This document shows positions 27,601 to 41,381 of a DNA stretch of 64,000 nt, one piece after another (the first letter of the stretch is position 1; every line of letters starts with the position of its first letter). The stretch comes from Eledone cirrhosa (taxonomy: Eukaryota). Below the pieces are notes generated by a model, which was not told the DNA's origin, ran no database searches, and saw only the letters and a list, made by a program, of their open reading frames with translations. The stretch is from the NCBI GenBank assembly GCA_964016885.1, contig OZ024743.1, positions 270,630,001 to 270,694,000 of the forward strand. Direction: 5' to 3'. The position numbers and the translations under genes were made by a program.

Positions 27601-28803
27601 GGTCATTGCAAGAACTAAGTGAGATGGATGTTAGAACTCGGAAACTTCTCAGTGTTACTGGGAACTTTAACATCAATGGTGATGTGGATAGGCTATACTT
27701 CTCACCGAAGGAAGGTGGCCGGGGTCTAAAATCCATATTAACAACATATGAGACCCGGATAGTAACACTGAAGCAACACCTTCAACAGAGGAAAAAGGTT
27801 GGCAACCATCTTGCCCAGGTTTATGAGCATGAAAAAAAAATATCATTAGAATAGCGACTGATCTGGAGGAGAGATATGGAATAAAGCCTGATATAAATCT
27901 CTCACCCAGAGAAATCGGAAGATCCTATTCAATGTTCAAACAAGATGAAAAAATTGACCAATTTACAGAAAAAGTTGTGCATGTAAAACACAGACCATAG
28001 AGGGTATAAACCACTCAAAAAGCCTGGCATGGAGTTCCAACAAGTTTATGACATCACACCTTGAGGGATATCTCTATGCAATACAGGAACAAGAACTCCC
28101 TACCAAATATCTGCTGCACAAAAGGGGAGGGCCATCAGCTGACAATAAATGTAGGCTATGTAAAACAAAGATTGAGGATGTAAGCCACAATGTTGCCAGC
28201 TGCGAAAGAATGTCATCTCGCTACTACCTCCCCATGAGACACGATGGGATAGCTAGAACCATCTGGAACGCACTTCGGAAAACAAAATTAACAACAAACG
28301 AGGAAGAATATATTGAGACAGATGGCACTAAGGAATACTGGTGGAACCTGAAAATAAAAACTGCCACCAAATTAAAGCACAACCGGCCTGATATTGTTGT
28401 TTGGGACCACACATTGAGAACGTGTTCTGTTGTGGAGATCAGCTGTCCACTTGATGTAAACGTTGTCAGAAAAATACAGGAGAAGGAGGACATCTACGGG
28501 CCATTGATGAGGAGTTTACAAATCCAGTATCCAAGATACACCTTTAGCTTCATACCCATCATTATTGGAGCTACGGGTTATATACCAACCCGCTTGGACC
28601 AAAGTATGACTGAACTTGGATTTGCGGACAAAGAGCGCAGCTCCCTAATTCATAGTCTACAAATGGCTGCGATAGCTGGCACCTTCAAAGTTTTCAAAAC
28701 ATTCTTGCGATTCAAGGGATGACAATTTCTTTTCTTTTACAACCTTGCCACCAGGAAGGTGGCCGGTCAAAAAAATATACTCGAAATTAAGAGAACGAGA
28801 TAA
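24610..28803 (+). mobile_element. R4/Dong-clade non-LTR retrotransposon (RT plus restriction-like endonuclease), near full length
   Basis: Bounded by (CATA)n on both sides, with an AT-rich 5' UTR, single-ORF architecture and a short 3' UTR ending GAGATAA(CATA)n. Confidence 0.88.
25234..28722 (+). pseudogene. Disrupted RT-RLE polyprotein of the R4/Dong-like element
   Basis: RT motifs KSPAPD, NYRPIAC, WLDYQKAFDSVPH, GIFQGDSLS, FVDD and YRYLG. CCHC knuckle CRLC..H..SC, RHD, and NRPDIVVWD..VVEISCP. Frameshift at about 25720, stop at 26232, frameshifts at about 27840-28000. Confidence 0.92.
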
Positions 28804-28896
28804 CATACATACATACATACATACATACATACATACATACATACATACATACATACATACATACATACATACATACATACATACATACATACACAC

Positions 28897-29142
28897 CCAT
28901 CATTATTGGAGCTACAGGTTATATACCAACCTGCTTGGACCAAAGTATAACTGAACTTGGATTTTTGGACTAAGAAGGTAGCTCCCAAATTCCTAGACTA
29001 CAAACGGCTGCGATAGCTGGCACCTTCAAAATTTGCAAACCATTTTTGTGATTCAAGGGATGACAATTTCTTTTCTTTTATAACCTTGCCACCAGGAAGG
29101 TGGCCGGTCAAAAATGTACTCGAAATTAAGGGAAAGAGAAAC
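28897..29142 (+). mobile_element. Older 5'-truncated R4/Dong-like 3' fragment
   Basis: Diverged copy of 28555-28800, followed by CATA repeats. Confidence 0.88.
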
Positions 29143-30000
29143 ATACATACATACGGAACAGTAAAAATATGTAAAACATTCCAAAGATTTTGCATCTAAT
29201 AACTGCATATACACATGTACAGATACAAAGCATATACACATGCACACATACAACTCAAAACATACACATCCACACATACAATAACATCCATATCTACACA
29301 TGCATGCATAATCTACCTAGTTGATGTTGTGTAAATTCCAATGAGAGAGTCTTGTGTCTATGTTAGAAACCGACTCTCTCTCTATTGGGAAAAAATTTGT
29401 GAAATTATAAAACCAGAAGAACATACATACATACATACATACATACATACATACATACATACATACATACATACATACATACATACATTTATTTTCATAT
29501 ATGTATATATTAGTTACAAGTATGAAATGTTCCTCGCCTCAATTTAATCTAGTTTTATACATTTTGATGTTTCTGATTATCCAAATTCATTGATAATTAA
29601 CATATGTAGGGATAAGTTCGTTTATTAGATTTGATTTGATTTTTTTACCTTCCTTTTCATTCTTTTAGAATGTTATCTGCATATAGATTTAGTTCTATAT
29701 ACTCATATCTTACTAAAATGATACAAAAAATGTTTAATCATCGCTATCTATGATTAGTTTCTATATTTAGTGAAACATACGTAAAACAAATTATATAATT
29801 CTCCTTTAACCCATGTATTATTATTTATTTTCCACGCTCTACCATTTTACATTTGTACAATTATTTAATTATTTATCCTAAGGAATAAATGAATTTGTTC
29901 TTAAATCTGCCGATCGCACAAGCACATTGAACTTTAAATCTTCTTGACAAACTTTTGATATGCACCCCCGTCCCCTCAATCTATCTTATTTCTCATTCTT

Positions 30001-30036
30001 TCTTCTGATGAAGGACTAGTGTCCGAAACGTTAAGA
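30001..30036 (+). ncRNA. Minimal type I hammerhead ribozyme, family E (Penelope pLTR type)
   Basis: TCTT-CTGATGA-A-GGAC-TAGT-GTCC-GAA-ACGT-T-AAGA. The flanks (29960-30110) match 43340-43465. Confidence 0.85.
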
Positions 30037-30743
30037 CCCTCTTTCTGCTATTTCAAGCGTTAACTAAATATATTCCTTCCATATACTGTACTGATTGTGT
30101 TGTTATTTCTGTTGTTATTTCACGTTGCTCCTTCTGCCTGGATTTGCGACCGGTAGATGGTATTAGCAATTGGAAAGACAAATGGAAACATTATTTCCTC
30201 GGTCCGATTTGACGAGCTCCACCCTACTTGCTAAGCAAATGAGGTTTCGGATCTTATCGATCGACTATCATATATATATATTTATTTTTCCCATATCTTA
30301 TGTTAACTATTATCCCATTTTGACGCTATAGTCACTTATATGGTATGGAATACTGTCAGCTTCTCGCTACAACAATTTCTATACTTTTCATTTATATCTA
30401 TATTATGTATATATATATGTGTGTGTGTGTGCATACATATATATTAAATGTGTGCATCTCAGCGAAAATTACCATAGTAATAGATAAACACTATATATAA
30501 TATTTGAACAAATAGAATAACGTACCAGTGAAGAAAGACCTAGGTTGGTGGACAGACACGCCTGTGAGGAATCGAACCCCGCATCTTTTAGATGTCGAGC
30601 GAGTGCGTTAAACACAATGCTAGGGAACAACTGGTCACTAAGTCCCTGTTATTAGAAGATATGAAGCCTCGAGCTAGTGGTGTAAATAAAGAACTTGATG
30701 TAAGAAGCATTGGAAAAATTTGAAAATTGAAATCTCTTTAATA

Positions 30744-31088
30744 ATTGTTTCTACTTTTGGTTGGCACAAGGCCAGCAATTATTCAGTACATTACTGGTAC
30801 TTTATTTTATCGACCTCGTAAGGATGAAAGGCAAAGTTAACCTCGGCGGGATTGGAACTCAGACTGTAAAGGGCCATAACTCTATGCTGCAAAGCATGGT
30901 GTCTGACGCTCTACCGATACTACCAATGCACCGTCCTATTATCTCTATAATAATTGTTTCTACTTTTGGCACAAGGCCAGCAATTATCCCAGTGTATTAC
31001 TGGTACTTTATTTTATCGACCCCGTAAGGATGAAAGCCAAAGTTAACCTCGGCGGGATTTGAACTCAGTCCGTAAAGGGACGTAACTG
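30744..31088 (-). mobile_element. Two tandem SINE S1 copies (30744-30935 and 30950-31088)
   Basis: TACTGGTACTTTATTTTATCGACC..AAGGATGAAAG.CAAAGTTAACCTCGGCGGGATT.GAACTCAG occurs twice. Confidence 0.85.
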
Positions 31089-31592
31089 TTCTCTATAATA
31101 ATAGTCGATTATTACAAACGATAGTTGAGAAAATCGGGTAAAGTACCATTGGAGATGGAATAAATGGACAGGTCACCCTCGAGTAATCAAACCTCGCATC
31201 TCGGTCGTCGGAAAAGTGCATTAAACATTAGGCTAAAGAGCTATTTGTTTGTAATTGCCTAATAGGCCGCTTTTACTTTGTATGCAAACAAATAAAGAAT
31301 TATTCATTTATTCTTGGCTAAGTTGATAGGATGTCTGAGAAGATAGCTAAAGGGTCATCGGTTCGTGTATGAGAAATTCCTGTGTAAGACATAATATTAA
31401 GCCTATAACAGACTTTGTCTTCCTAACTAATATTAATTCAGTGTAACGGCAACTGCATAGCATGTTGTCAATATCTATCGTTCGATCGATCGATCTAGCT
31501 ATATGTATGTAAGTGTGTATGCATCTCCCTCTCTCGGTATATTTATATATATATATATACACATACACACACACACACACATACACAAACAC

Positions 31593-31663
<71 letters not shown>

Positions 31664-31864
31664 TCTAAATTGATTATTCACTCTTAATTTATTAAATTTT
31701 GAGCTCTGCAGGTTGTGTCATAACAGTCTATACCTTAATCAGTTTGAAAAATCATTCAGCCTTCTTGGCTTACCGATTGATCAAGGATACTGATTAGCAC
31801 ACAAAAATAATCTTTACCAGGACATATATTGGTAAATTCCAATATAACCTAACATATATATAGG

Positions 31865-31957
<93 letters not shown>

Positions 31958-32000
31958 GATGATATTAAATAAATGGAAACTATATTTATAAAACCATATT

Positions 32001-32061
32001 TATTCTATTATATATATTTCAAGGGTACAAAATCTTTGGTACGCTCTCTTCAGATAAAATA
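32001..32061 (-). ncRNA. Type I hammerhead ribozyme, family F
   Basis: Minus strand TATTTTAT-CTGAAGA-GAGCGTAC..GTACCCTT-GAA-ATATATAT-A-ATAGAATA, in an island between two (TA)n tracts. Confidence 0.75.
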
Positions 32062-32176
32062 CAAAGTTTGTTTTATAAATATTGACATAAGCAGGAATAG
32101 GATCTTAACGGTTCAAGTTTTTCCTGGATAGACATTTATATTTGTTGAATTACCAACAAATTAAACATCCCTTTTG

Positions 32177-32249
<73 letters not shown>

Positions 32250-32335
32250 ATGCGTGTGTGTAAGCGTGCGTATGTGTGCGTATATGTATGTTTGTATATA
32301 TGTGTATGTATATATATGTATATATGTGTTTGTAT

Positions 32336-32398
<63 letters not shown>

Positions 32399-32869
32399 GA
32401 GATGTGTGTGTATGTATATTTGTATATATTTTGGGGTACATGTATGTGCATGTCTGCGCATGTGTGAGTGTAGGAACGCATGTATATGTGTGTGTTTGTA
32501 TATGCATGTAGGCGCACATATACGCATGTGTGAATGTGTAAGTATACGTATATGCGTGAGTATGTGCTTGTATATGTGTTTGTATATATACATATACTTT
32601 TTTATTTTCCTCTTTACATTATGTCCGTTATTTTATTTCAGCCTCGCTTTCAATTGTCCTAGACTCTGTTTTGAAATCCATATATCACTTCCATTTTAAA
32701 TAAAATTCATTCTGGCGATTGAAGGCAGACGTCTGTGCCAAGCTCGTCTGTCTTCGTAAAACCTTTGGTAAATGAAATAATTATCTTATGTTGTTTATTA
32801 CACAACCAAAAAGCTCTGTAGCGTACATAGAGCACTCTCTTTTCCTTTATCTTTCCTACGGAAATACTT

Positions 32870-32925
<56 letters not shown>

Positions 32926-32994
32926 CAAGGTTTAGCAAATAAGATAAAGTTTCAAAATAAATTTCTAAAAAATTAACTGTTCTTACTATGGTTA

Positions 32995-33076
32995 CCTTTA
33001 CCGAGTCGGTTTCGATTCTCAAAAATAAACGGAGTCCATACGGCCTTCGTTGCAAAGAAAGAATCTCGTCAGAAGG
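32995..33076 (-). ncRNA. Type I hammerhead ribozyme, family G, in a 483-bp terminally redundant unit (32918-33415)
   Basis: Minus strand CCTT-CTGACGA-GATTCT..AGAATC-GAA-ACCGACTCGGT-A-AAGG. Confidence 0.85.
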
Positions 33077-33413
33077 ATCTTTTCATTCGGAGAATATAAA
33101 ATTCTCGAATTCAAATTACGAACTGGCGCTATTCAAAATTGTTCCCGAGATGAGAGTAAATGAAGTGGAATCAATTTTTTCAAGGGCTGAGTGTAAAGAT
33201 AAAGGCAGAGGCAGAGAGGTCAGATGGCTACTGCTATAACTAGCAGCAGTCAGAACGACAACATTTTTCTCAACATAGAGGAGAATAGTAATAATAGGAT
33301 ATGTGTTCCTACACGCACAAGGCGCTAAGGGACACATGTATTATCCAACCATATGCCAATGTGGTTCAATGGCAGGTTAATTAATTAACGAGCCAGAACA
33401 TATATAATCAAGG

Positions 33414-33447
<34 letters not shown>

Positions 33448-33464
33448 ATAGTATTTTCCTATGT

Positions 33465-34482
33465 ACGACATGGTATGCAACACCTCATTGATGTATATAA
33501 GCGTATTGGCTACGACATTGGTTCGCGAGTTATTTCTGTTTATGTACAGGCGTGTTTATAACCTCGGTTACGTTTGCAGCGGAGGAAAATATTGAGCAAC
33601 AGTATGCCATCAAATTTTGTGTAAAACTCAACAAATCTGCCACCGAAACTTTTAATTCTTTAACATAAGCTTACAGAGATGCCACTCTATCGAGGAGTAA
33701 GATTTTTAAGTGGTACAAAGCTTTCAAAGAGTGTCGAAAAATGTTAAAGACGAACCTCGTTCTAAAAGGCCAATCTCGTCAACAAATGAACAAAGTGTGA
33801 AAGTGGTGCAAGCGGTAATATCGAAAGATCGCCGATTGGATGATTGCAGAAGAAACGGGCTAGGAGAAAAATGCAGTTCACAGAATTTTAAGTAATCATT
33901 TGCACTTGTGAAAAAATTGTACAAAACTCGTGTCCAAACACTTTTCTGTGGAGCAGAAAGCGAACCGGTTGGAAATTTGTCAAGATTTGTTAGAGAGGCT
34001 CGAAATTGAGCCAAATTTCTTGAATAAAGTAATAATTGGAGATAAATCATGAGACAAAATGGCTAAGTGAGTAGTGACACAAGAAAAATGCCCGTCTGAA
34101 AAAAGCACACATGAACAGATCCAGAGTGAAAACCATGATTATCATTTTTTTCGACAGCCGTGGTATAGATCACAAAGAATGTTTGCTTCCAGGACAGATA
34201 GTTGCACCTTCTGCAAATGTATCTTGGAAAGACTTCGAGTCCAAAAGAACATTTCAAGAGATCGGGTCATCATTTTTGAATTATGAAAAACAAAAAATTG
34301 TAACCAACGAGCTTAGGATACTTACAGAAAACGACTTCCAGTACTGCTACTCACAATGAAAAAAACCTTTGAATCACTATGTCACTTCCCAAGAGTCACA
34401 CTTTGAAGGAGATGACTTGTAATTTCATGTATATATAATATACATTTAAATATATCAGTATCCTTATTTTCGGACAAATCTC
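33465..34482 (+). pseudogene. Decayed mariner transposase element
   Basis: EQQYAIKFCVKLNKSATETF, FKWYKAFK, VKDEPRSKRPISS, KDRRL and SRVKTMIIIFFDSRGI, with many stops and frameshifts. Confidence 0.88.
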
Positions 34483-34578
34483 GAACAATGCAAGACGAAT
34501 TACTTTTATGCTATTATGGTGAGAAAAAATAAAATTTAGCTGGAGCAGAAACAGCTAATTTTGTTCATGTTCCAATCA

Positions 34579-34748
<170 letters not shown>

Positions 34749-35231
34749 AAAGTTATCTCGAATATCGAGTTGAAACGAGTTGAAATTCGTAGGATAATAG
34801 GAAAAAACTCAACGCAAGGAAGCTGTTAAAACAGCTAAACGCCGTGACAGCGTCGGGTAAAATTTACCTCAAAGGATAGAAATCAGCGGCTAGGAGTGTG
34901 TTATCTCGCAGAAGTGATAGGAAGAAAGGAGAAAAGGAATAAAATGGACGAGAGGAAATCACACACATTTAAATACTTCAACAGCTTTTTGGCCGCATTT
35001 TAACTAAAAGTACCACGTAAGATAGACAGCTCGTAACAACGGGAAAATAAATAGGAACGAATAGATTATATAGACAGACAGACAGATCAGAGAGAGAGAG
35101 AGAGAGAGAGAGAACAATAAAGTGCGTCCACTTGGCCTTAGATCACCGTAAGAAAGGCAAAAACAATGGCTCGGCAGTGACGAGTAGCGGGTAGGAGAAG
35201 GGAGGGAGAAAAAGACCCCGTTCACATCTCA

Positions 35232-35895
35232 CCAAATTGGAAGAGCTCCTCTTCAACTTCTTGTGGAGGGGATTGGTTCCGTTGGTAAGGCGTCCATCTT
35301 CTGCCAGCGCCCTCTACGCGGAGAGCTGGGCATTCCGTGGCTAATGATGCGTAAACCTGCGCTGAGGCTGCGGCATCTGCAGATATTCTGCCTAAATGGT
35401 AAACAGGTGTGGTCGCCGTTTGTGAGACGAGCCTTTCCGCAGCATATCTCTTTGACTGAGCAGCATTCCTGGGTCAAGAAGAAACCATGACTGGACCCCT
35501 GGCATTTGGAATGTTTCCAGGGTGGAGAAATGCTGCCCCCCTCGTAAGTGCACTTGCTAAAAAGTGGGTGAATGTGGCAAGAATGACCTGTGTTTATGGG
35601 CCAACTCTGAGCATGCGCCTGTAGGCTGGCTAATTTGGTGGGGGCAGGGGTGCCCATCCCGGGTGCCCGCGAAGCGTCGGGCGGTTCAGGAATAGTTGGG
35701 TTCATGAATCGCCCCTGGGTGGTTATCCCCCCTATAGGGGTACTCTGTTGTTTGTATTTTTCTTCTTTTTTTTTGTTATCGGTTTTATATTTTTTTTACT
35801 CTATTTGATTGTAAACCCCCACTGTCCCTGTCTCTGTATTGTCCCCTATATGTCGGCCCTTGTGGCCAATAAAGAAATTATTATTATTATCATTA
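35232..35895 (+). mobile_element. Tx1/L1-like LINE fragment joined to a 3' UTR
   Basis: FNFLWRG..V.R..CQRPLRGELGIP resembles the post-RT FLW..GGLG.P motif. The 3' end is GGCCAATAAAGAAA(TTA)n. Confidence 0.55.
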
Positions 35896-35995
35896 TTTTA
35901 CTTTTTTTCCTTTCAGTATATTTTATATTTATTTTCATATTATTTATTTTCGTTTTGTATCTTTTATCTTGTTTTGTTTTGTTTTTAAATAAAAT

Positions 35996-36110
35996 CCTCC
36001 TCCTCCTTCTTCTTCTTCTTCTTCTTCTTCTTCTTCTTCTTCTTCTTCTTCTTCTTCTTCTTCTTCTTCTTCTTCTTCTTCTTCTTCTTCTTCTTCTTCT
36101 TCTTCTTCTC
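35996..36110. repeat. (CTT)n microsatellite
   Basis: Direct reading. Confidence 0.97.
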
Positions 36111-37820
36111 ATTATTATCACTTACTTTACAGCAATTTATGCTTTTCTTGTTGCTAATAACGTTTTATTTTATCTTCGCCGTTGCTGCTGCTCTTGTTGT
36201 ATTTATTGCTGTTATTGTTGTTTTCCTTTTTGTAGTTTGTTTTTATATTTTTATTTTTATCTTTTGTTGTTGGGTTTTGGGTTTTTTTTTTACTTTGTTG
36301 CTTTTCTATTGCCGAAGAAATAGAGTTCTCTATTCAAGTGTTTGTGGGTGTGATTGTAACAAGTATTCAGGTACAGTCGTCCAGTGATTTTGTCGATTTC
36401 CTACACTTACAGGTTTAACCATGAGAATTCTTTGAAACCAGGAGACCAAAAAAAAAATAAGAAGCAAAAAATAAGCAAAAAAAAAAAAAAAAAACAGAAA
36501 CATCATAAAACATAAACGAAGAAAACAGAGAAAGGAAGAGATGGAAAAAAAAATAACAAGTAAAAGCAAAATGGAAAGAAATAATATATAAATACCTGTC
36601 CAGTCTGTGAGATGAAGATAAATACAGAACGATCTCAGATTCTGATACCTTTTTGAAGATATTGGTCTAGATAATGATTTCATCTTGGATAAATAGCAAG
36701 TATAAAGTAGAGCTAAACCGAACATAAACTTTTATAGGCCAAGTAAGACTCTTGTTTTGCACTGGTAAACGGAAAGGGAATTCATTTTGAATTCATTTCG
36801 AAGCGTTTCACGAAATTCTGCTCTGCTTAGATGCCAGGGAGTTGGATAAATAACAGGTAGAGAGTAAATGAGAAAAGGTAAAAAAAAAAAAATGTTGGGA
36901 CAGGCTAAATAGCTAAATAGATTCTTTCTTATCTGGAACTGATAAATGATAAAACGTTTTTTTATTTTATTTTATTCATTTATTTATTGTTTTTTTTATT
37001 GTTTCTTTTACTTCTTCCCCAGCGTTTGCAAAAAAAAAATTGGTCTGATTCATGCCAAAGAATTTCAATAAATAATAAGTATCAGAAAAAGGAAATAAGA
37101 GAGGGGGGGTAGAAGGAGAGAGAGAGGGGGAGAAATAGAAAGAAATAGGGGGGGGGGGAGAAATAAAACACTAGAGAAAGCTAAATAGAATCTTTCTTAT
37201 AGAAAGCTGATAAATTGATAAATGCTAGAGTGTTATTTATTATAATGAGGCGCAAGAAATTGCTGGGGTGTTTGGTGCAATGAATTTTTATATATAACAA
37301 GTCGCTGCAAGTGGGGAATAAGGGGAGAGAGAGGTAACATGACCTTACATAAGCTATATAGAATTAAAGATGCCTCCATCCAGGGCACCTTAACTCCTGG
37401 TGGAATCGTAGATACGTCATAGTGATATACAGCGTAACTTGGGCATTTAAACTTAGCAGAATCCATCTCAACACAAACATAGAATACATAAAATTATTAG
37501 TTTGGGGCCTGTTCAGTATCAATATAAGTACTCGTATCGCTAAACATGTTTTTAACTTATTATATAAGCACTTTGCGGATGATAATTGTTATAAGATTTT
37601 AAAAATAAGTAATTATATAACTGTCTTAAAGTCGTATATTTGTTAATTAACTTATTCGTATCTTTCGAAATCTAAAATTGAGTTTCTAAAACATATCGGG
37701 TTAAATGAGAATTATTTTAAGTTACGAGTAATCAACATCAATAATCTTTTAGAAATCCAAGAAGATATTTCACCTAGATTTGTCAAAATACATTATGGCT
37801 TTTAAAAAATATTAATATTA

Positions 37821-37955
37821 CTAGCAGAAAAACCACCTTTCGGGTGGTTTTCTGCTAGCATGTGTAGTGTGTACATTGATATTATACGCAAGTATATATA
37901 CATGTAGATATGATATATCAAATAAAATCGTAATTGACAATATACACAGAAATTG
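37821..37955 (-). mobile_element. Helitron-like 3' terminus
   Basis: Hairpin CTAGCAGAAAAACCACC..GGTGGTTTTCTGCTAG ending CTAG|T, with a homologous opposite-strand copy at 46597-46703. Confidence 0.6.
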
Positions 37956-38363
37956 AATGAAGACTATGTTATACTGTTTTATGTAATCAGTAAAGTAATC
38001 CATGATACATTAAAAAAAGACGATATTATATATAAACTGCATTAGGAAAAAATTAGTGACAGGAAATTAGTATGTTTATTTAGGCGATCGCCAACCGGAA
38101 GTGTTGACATTTTAGAAATTTTAAAGAAGTGAATCTTTAAATAAACAAAACATTTAATCAACAACCACAAAATTTAGTAGATAAATTATGTAATATTCAT
38201 TCATTATTTATTCAAAGTAAGGGCGGTGGATTGGCAGTATCGGTAGAGGGTCGGACGCCATGCTTTAAATAAACAAAACATTTAATCAAACAAAACATTT
38301 AATCAACAACCACAAAATTTAGTAGATAAATTATGTAATATTCATTCATTATTTATTCAAAGT

Positions 38364-38553
38364 AGGGCGGTGGATTGGCAGTATCGGTAGAGGGTCGGAC
38401 GCCATGCTTTCCAGCATAGTTACGTCCCTTTACGATCTGAGTTCAAATCCCGCCGAGGTTGACTTTGCCTTTCATCCTTACGGGGTCGATAAAATAAAGT
38501 ACCAGTAATGCACTGGATAATTGCTGGCCTTGTGCCTAAAGTAGAAACAATTA
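38364..38553 (+). mobile_element. tRNA-derived SINE S1, full length
   Basis: A-box-like TGGCAGTATCGG, B-box GAGTTCAAATCC, core GCCTTTCATCCTTACGGGGTCGATAAAATAAAGTACCAG. The head and its flank are duplicated at 38140-38265. Confidence 0.88.
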
Positions 38554-39066
38554 TTTATTCAAAGTAATCCAACATATTTTACTAATGGGATAAACAATTA
38601 TAAACCGTACGCAGTCCGGCGCTCCTCCCTTTAGATAACGTATAAAACTATTTCGGATACTTTATAACGCGCCAAAACTTATAAGGAGAGCAACGGTGGC
38701 CGTTATATTTGTCTCTCATAAATTTTTTTTTTTTCTTTTCAGTCTCCTTCTCACCAAGGAAGATGAAAAAACTTGCCTCAACACTTAATTTTAAATGTTT
38801 AAGTTTTAGTTTTTAATTCTTTTTAATTGTAATACTCAACATTTGATAACATCGAAACCGTTTATACTTTATGTACTTTATATACATTATAAAACTCTTT
38901 TTTAAAAGAATTGTCCGTCACATTTTTTTCAATAATGTCACTTTGACGAATCAAAGAAAGGGTAAAAAAAGAAAAATAGACCCCTAAATATATTTTCCCT
39001 GCTATTTCCAATTTCACCTTTTCTCTATAACCACTGTTTTGTATAGAATCTTACTTCTCATTTCAA

Positions 39067-39142
<76 letters not shown>

Positions 39143-39147
<5 letters not shown>

Positions 39148-39452
39148 ATCAAAAGATGGTTAAAAGAGTTCCATGTATTTTATTATGCGCATTTCAAAAA
39201 CAAATATCATCATGGGATGATATTTGCGTTCTCATCAGATAAAATATCATGTCTCCCTATTTTATCTGATGAGAACGCAAATATCATCCCATGATGATAT
39301 TTGTTTTTGAAATGCGTATAATAAAATACATGGAACTCTTTTAACTATCTTTTGATCTTATATTATTTATACTCCAGTCCTATAAACTGTTGAGTGCTAC
39401 TTATCCGATATTTGCATTGCTTTATTGTGCTACAATAAAACTCACCTCCTAC
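39143..39452 (+). mobile_element. Family A fold-back element with two HHRs (39176-39246 minus, 39258-39328 plus)
   Basis: 39143-39246 is the reverse complement of 39258-39361. It has (TA)n flanks and ends CTCACCTCCTAC. Confidence 0.88.
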
Positions 39453-39495
<43 letters not shown>

Positions 39496-39513
39496 TATAT
39501 ATGTGTGTATGTG

Positions 39514-39591
<78 letters not shown>

Positions 39592-40066
39592 TGTGTGTGT
39601 TTGTGTGTGTGTGTATGACTTTAACGGTACATCGATCTATAACACCTGCTCAGAACTGATTGCATTTTTTTTCGTCACAAATCAAAATATTTGCTGAAAT
39701 ATTTCAAAATAACTACTGGCTAAAAGACGTATAGTCGCCTAATGTGTTGATACACGCTCTAAACAAATCAAATACTTTCTTTCCATGAACGTAAATAAAA
39801 TATCCGTCATCTTTGCCGTCATATATCGAAAATCATTGCTGAGTGCCCGACAGACAGCCTGATAAAATACTTGTAACCCTCTCCAACATTATCAAAATGG
39901 TTTTTATTGTTATATTGTATTCAGAAGTCTTTACCTTTTATCCAATATATAAATACAAGGCTGTTTCATTTGATTCTTTAAGATTCCTTGGAAATCTGTA
40001 AAAAGAGAAACTCACAATCTTTGTAATTTTATCTTAAAATAAAACACACTCACGCTCACACATGCG

Positions 40067-40143
<77 letters not shown>

Positions 40144-40151
40144 TGCACGCA

Positions 40152-40188
<37 letters not shown>

Positions 40189-40614
40189 CACATATATATA
40201 TAATATATATTCCCATTCTAACATCGAAATGGTTTAAGCTTGACCGTAGAGGTTACATATTTTAGATTATATATATATGTATTGCCTATAAATGATATAT
40301 ATATGATATATATGTGAGAGAGTGTGTGTGTGTGTGTGAGTGTGAGTGCGCATATGTATGTTATATACATACACATATATACAAGCATGTATACAGGCAT
40401 ACATATTTACACACATACATACACACACATACATACTTGCGTACATACATACATACTTACATACAAACATACATACGTACAAACATACATACGTACAAAC
40501 ACATACATACATACTTACATACATACATACATACACACATACATACAAATGTACACCCAATATACATACATACATACATACCTACATACATACATACATA
40601 CATACATACATACA

Positions 40615-40645
<31 letters not shown>

Positions 40646-41052
40646 GTACACCCAATATACGAAGACAAGCGAGTAGATGACCACTTTTCACCTCTAATTC
40701 AACAATGCCAGCTTCACGTATTCTGACAATACACGAAATGCCAGGCACAAGCAACACAAATATTAGCAGAAAATGTCAGTTTGAAGACTAAATAAGCATT
40801 GCAACTCTTTCCAAGAAACATAAAACTTAAGAATTAAACAATTTAAGTGACCACTGGAAGAGGTAAATACCGCTGGTCAGTCAATTCAGCAACTAACAAA
40901 TCATACATTTTATTTCTCTAGCAGTAAAAGAGTATTTACTTTGATTGAATTAACTATGTGTGTGTTATACGAAAGATATATCTTATACATCACACACACA
41001 CACGTGCACACACACATACACACGCACGCACACATACACATATATATATATA

Positions 41053-41096
<44 letters not shown>

Positions 41097-41103
41097 CGTA
41101 TAC

Positions 41104-41140
<37 letters not shown>

Positions 41141-41295
41141 AAGAAAGAGAGGAAGAGAAAGAGAGGGAGAAAAAGAGAGAGAGAGAGAAAGAGAAAGAAA
41201 GAGTGAAAGGCCGTTGTTCTGCAATGTGTATACATAATCCAACATATCTTTCTATATGTATACGTATATGTAATGTACATGTGTATATGTATATA

Positions 41296-41381
<86 letters not shown>

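Noticed and set aside
25234-28722. Active autonomous retrotransposon
   Set aside because: At least one in-frame stop and several frameshifts disrupt the ORF in this copy.
30560-31235. tRNA genes at 30560-30625 and 31170-31235 (minus)
   Set aside because: Only decayed A/B boxes are present with no full cloverleaf. They are more likely SINE heads.
36597-39996. Possible minus-strand host exons (donor near 36597; acceptor TCTCTTTTTACAG near 39997)
   Set aside because: Only splice-like signals are present and the peptides are unrecognisable, so a gene cannot be supported.
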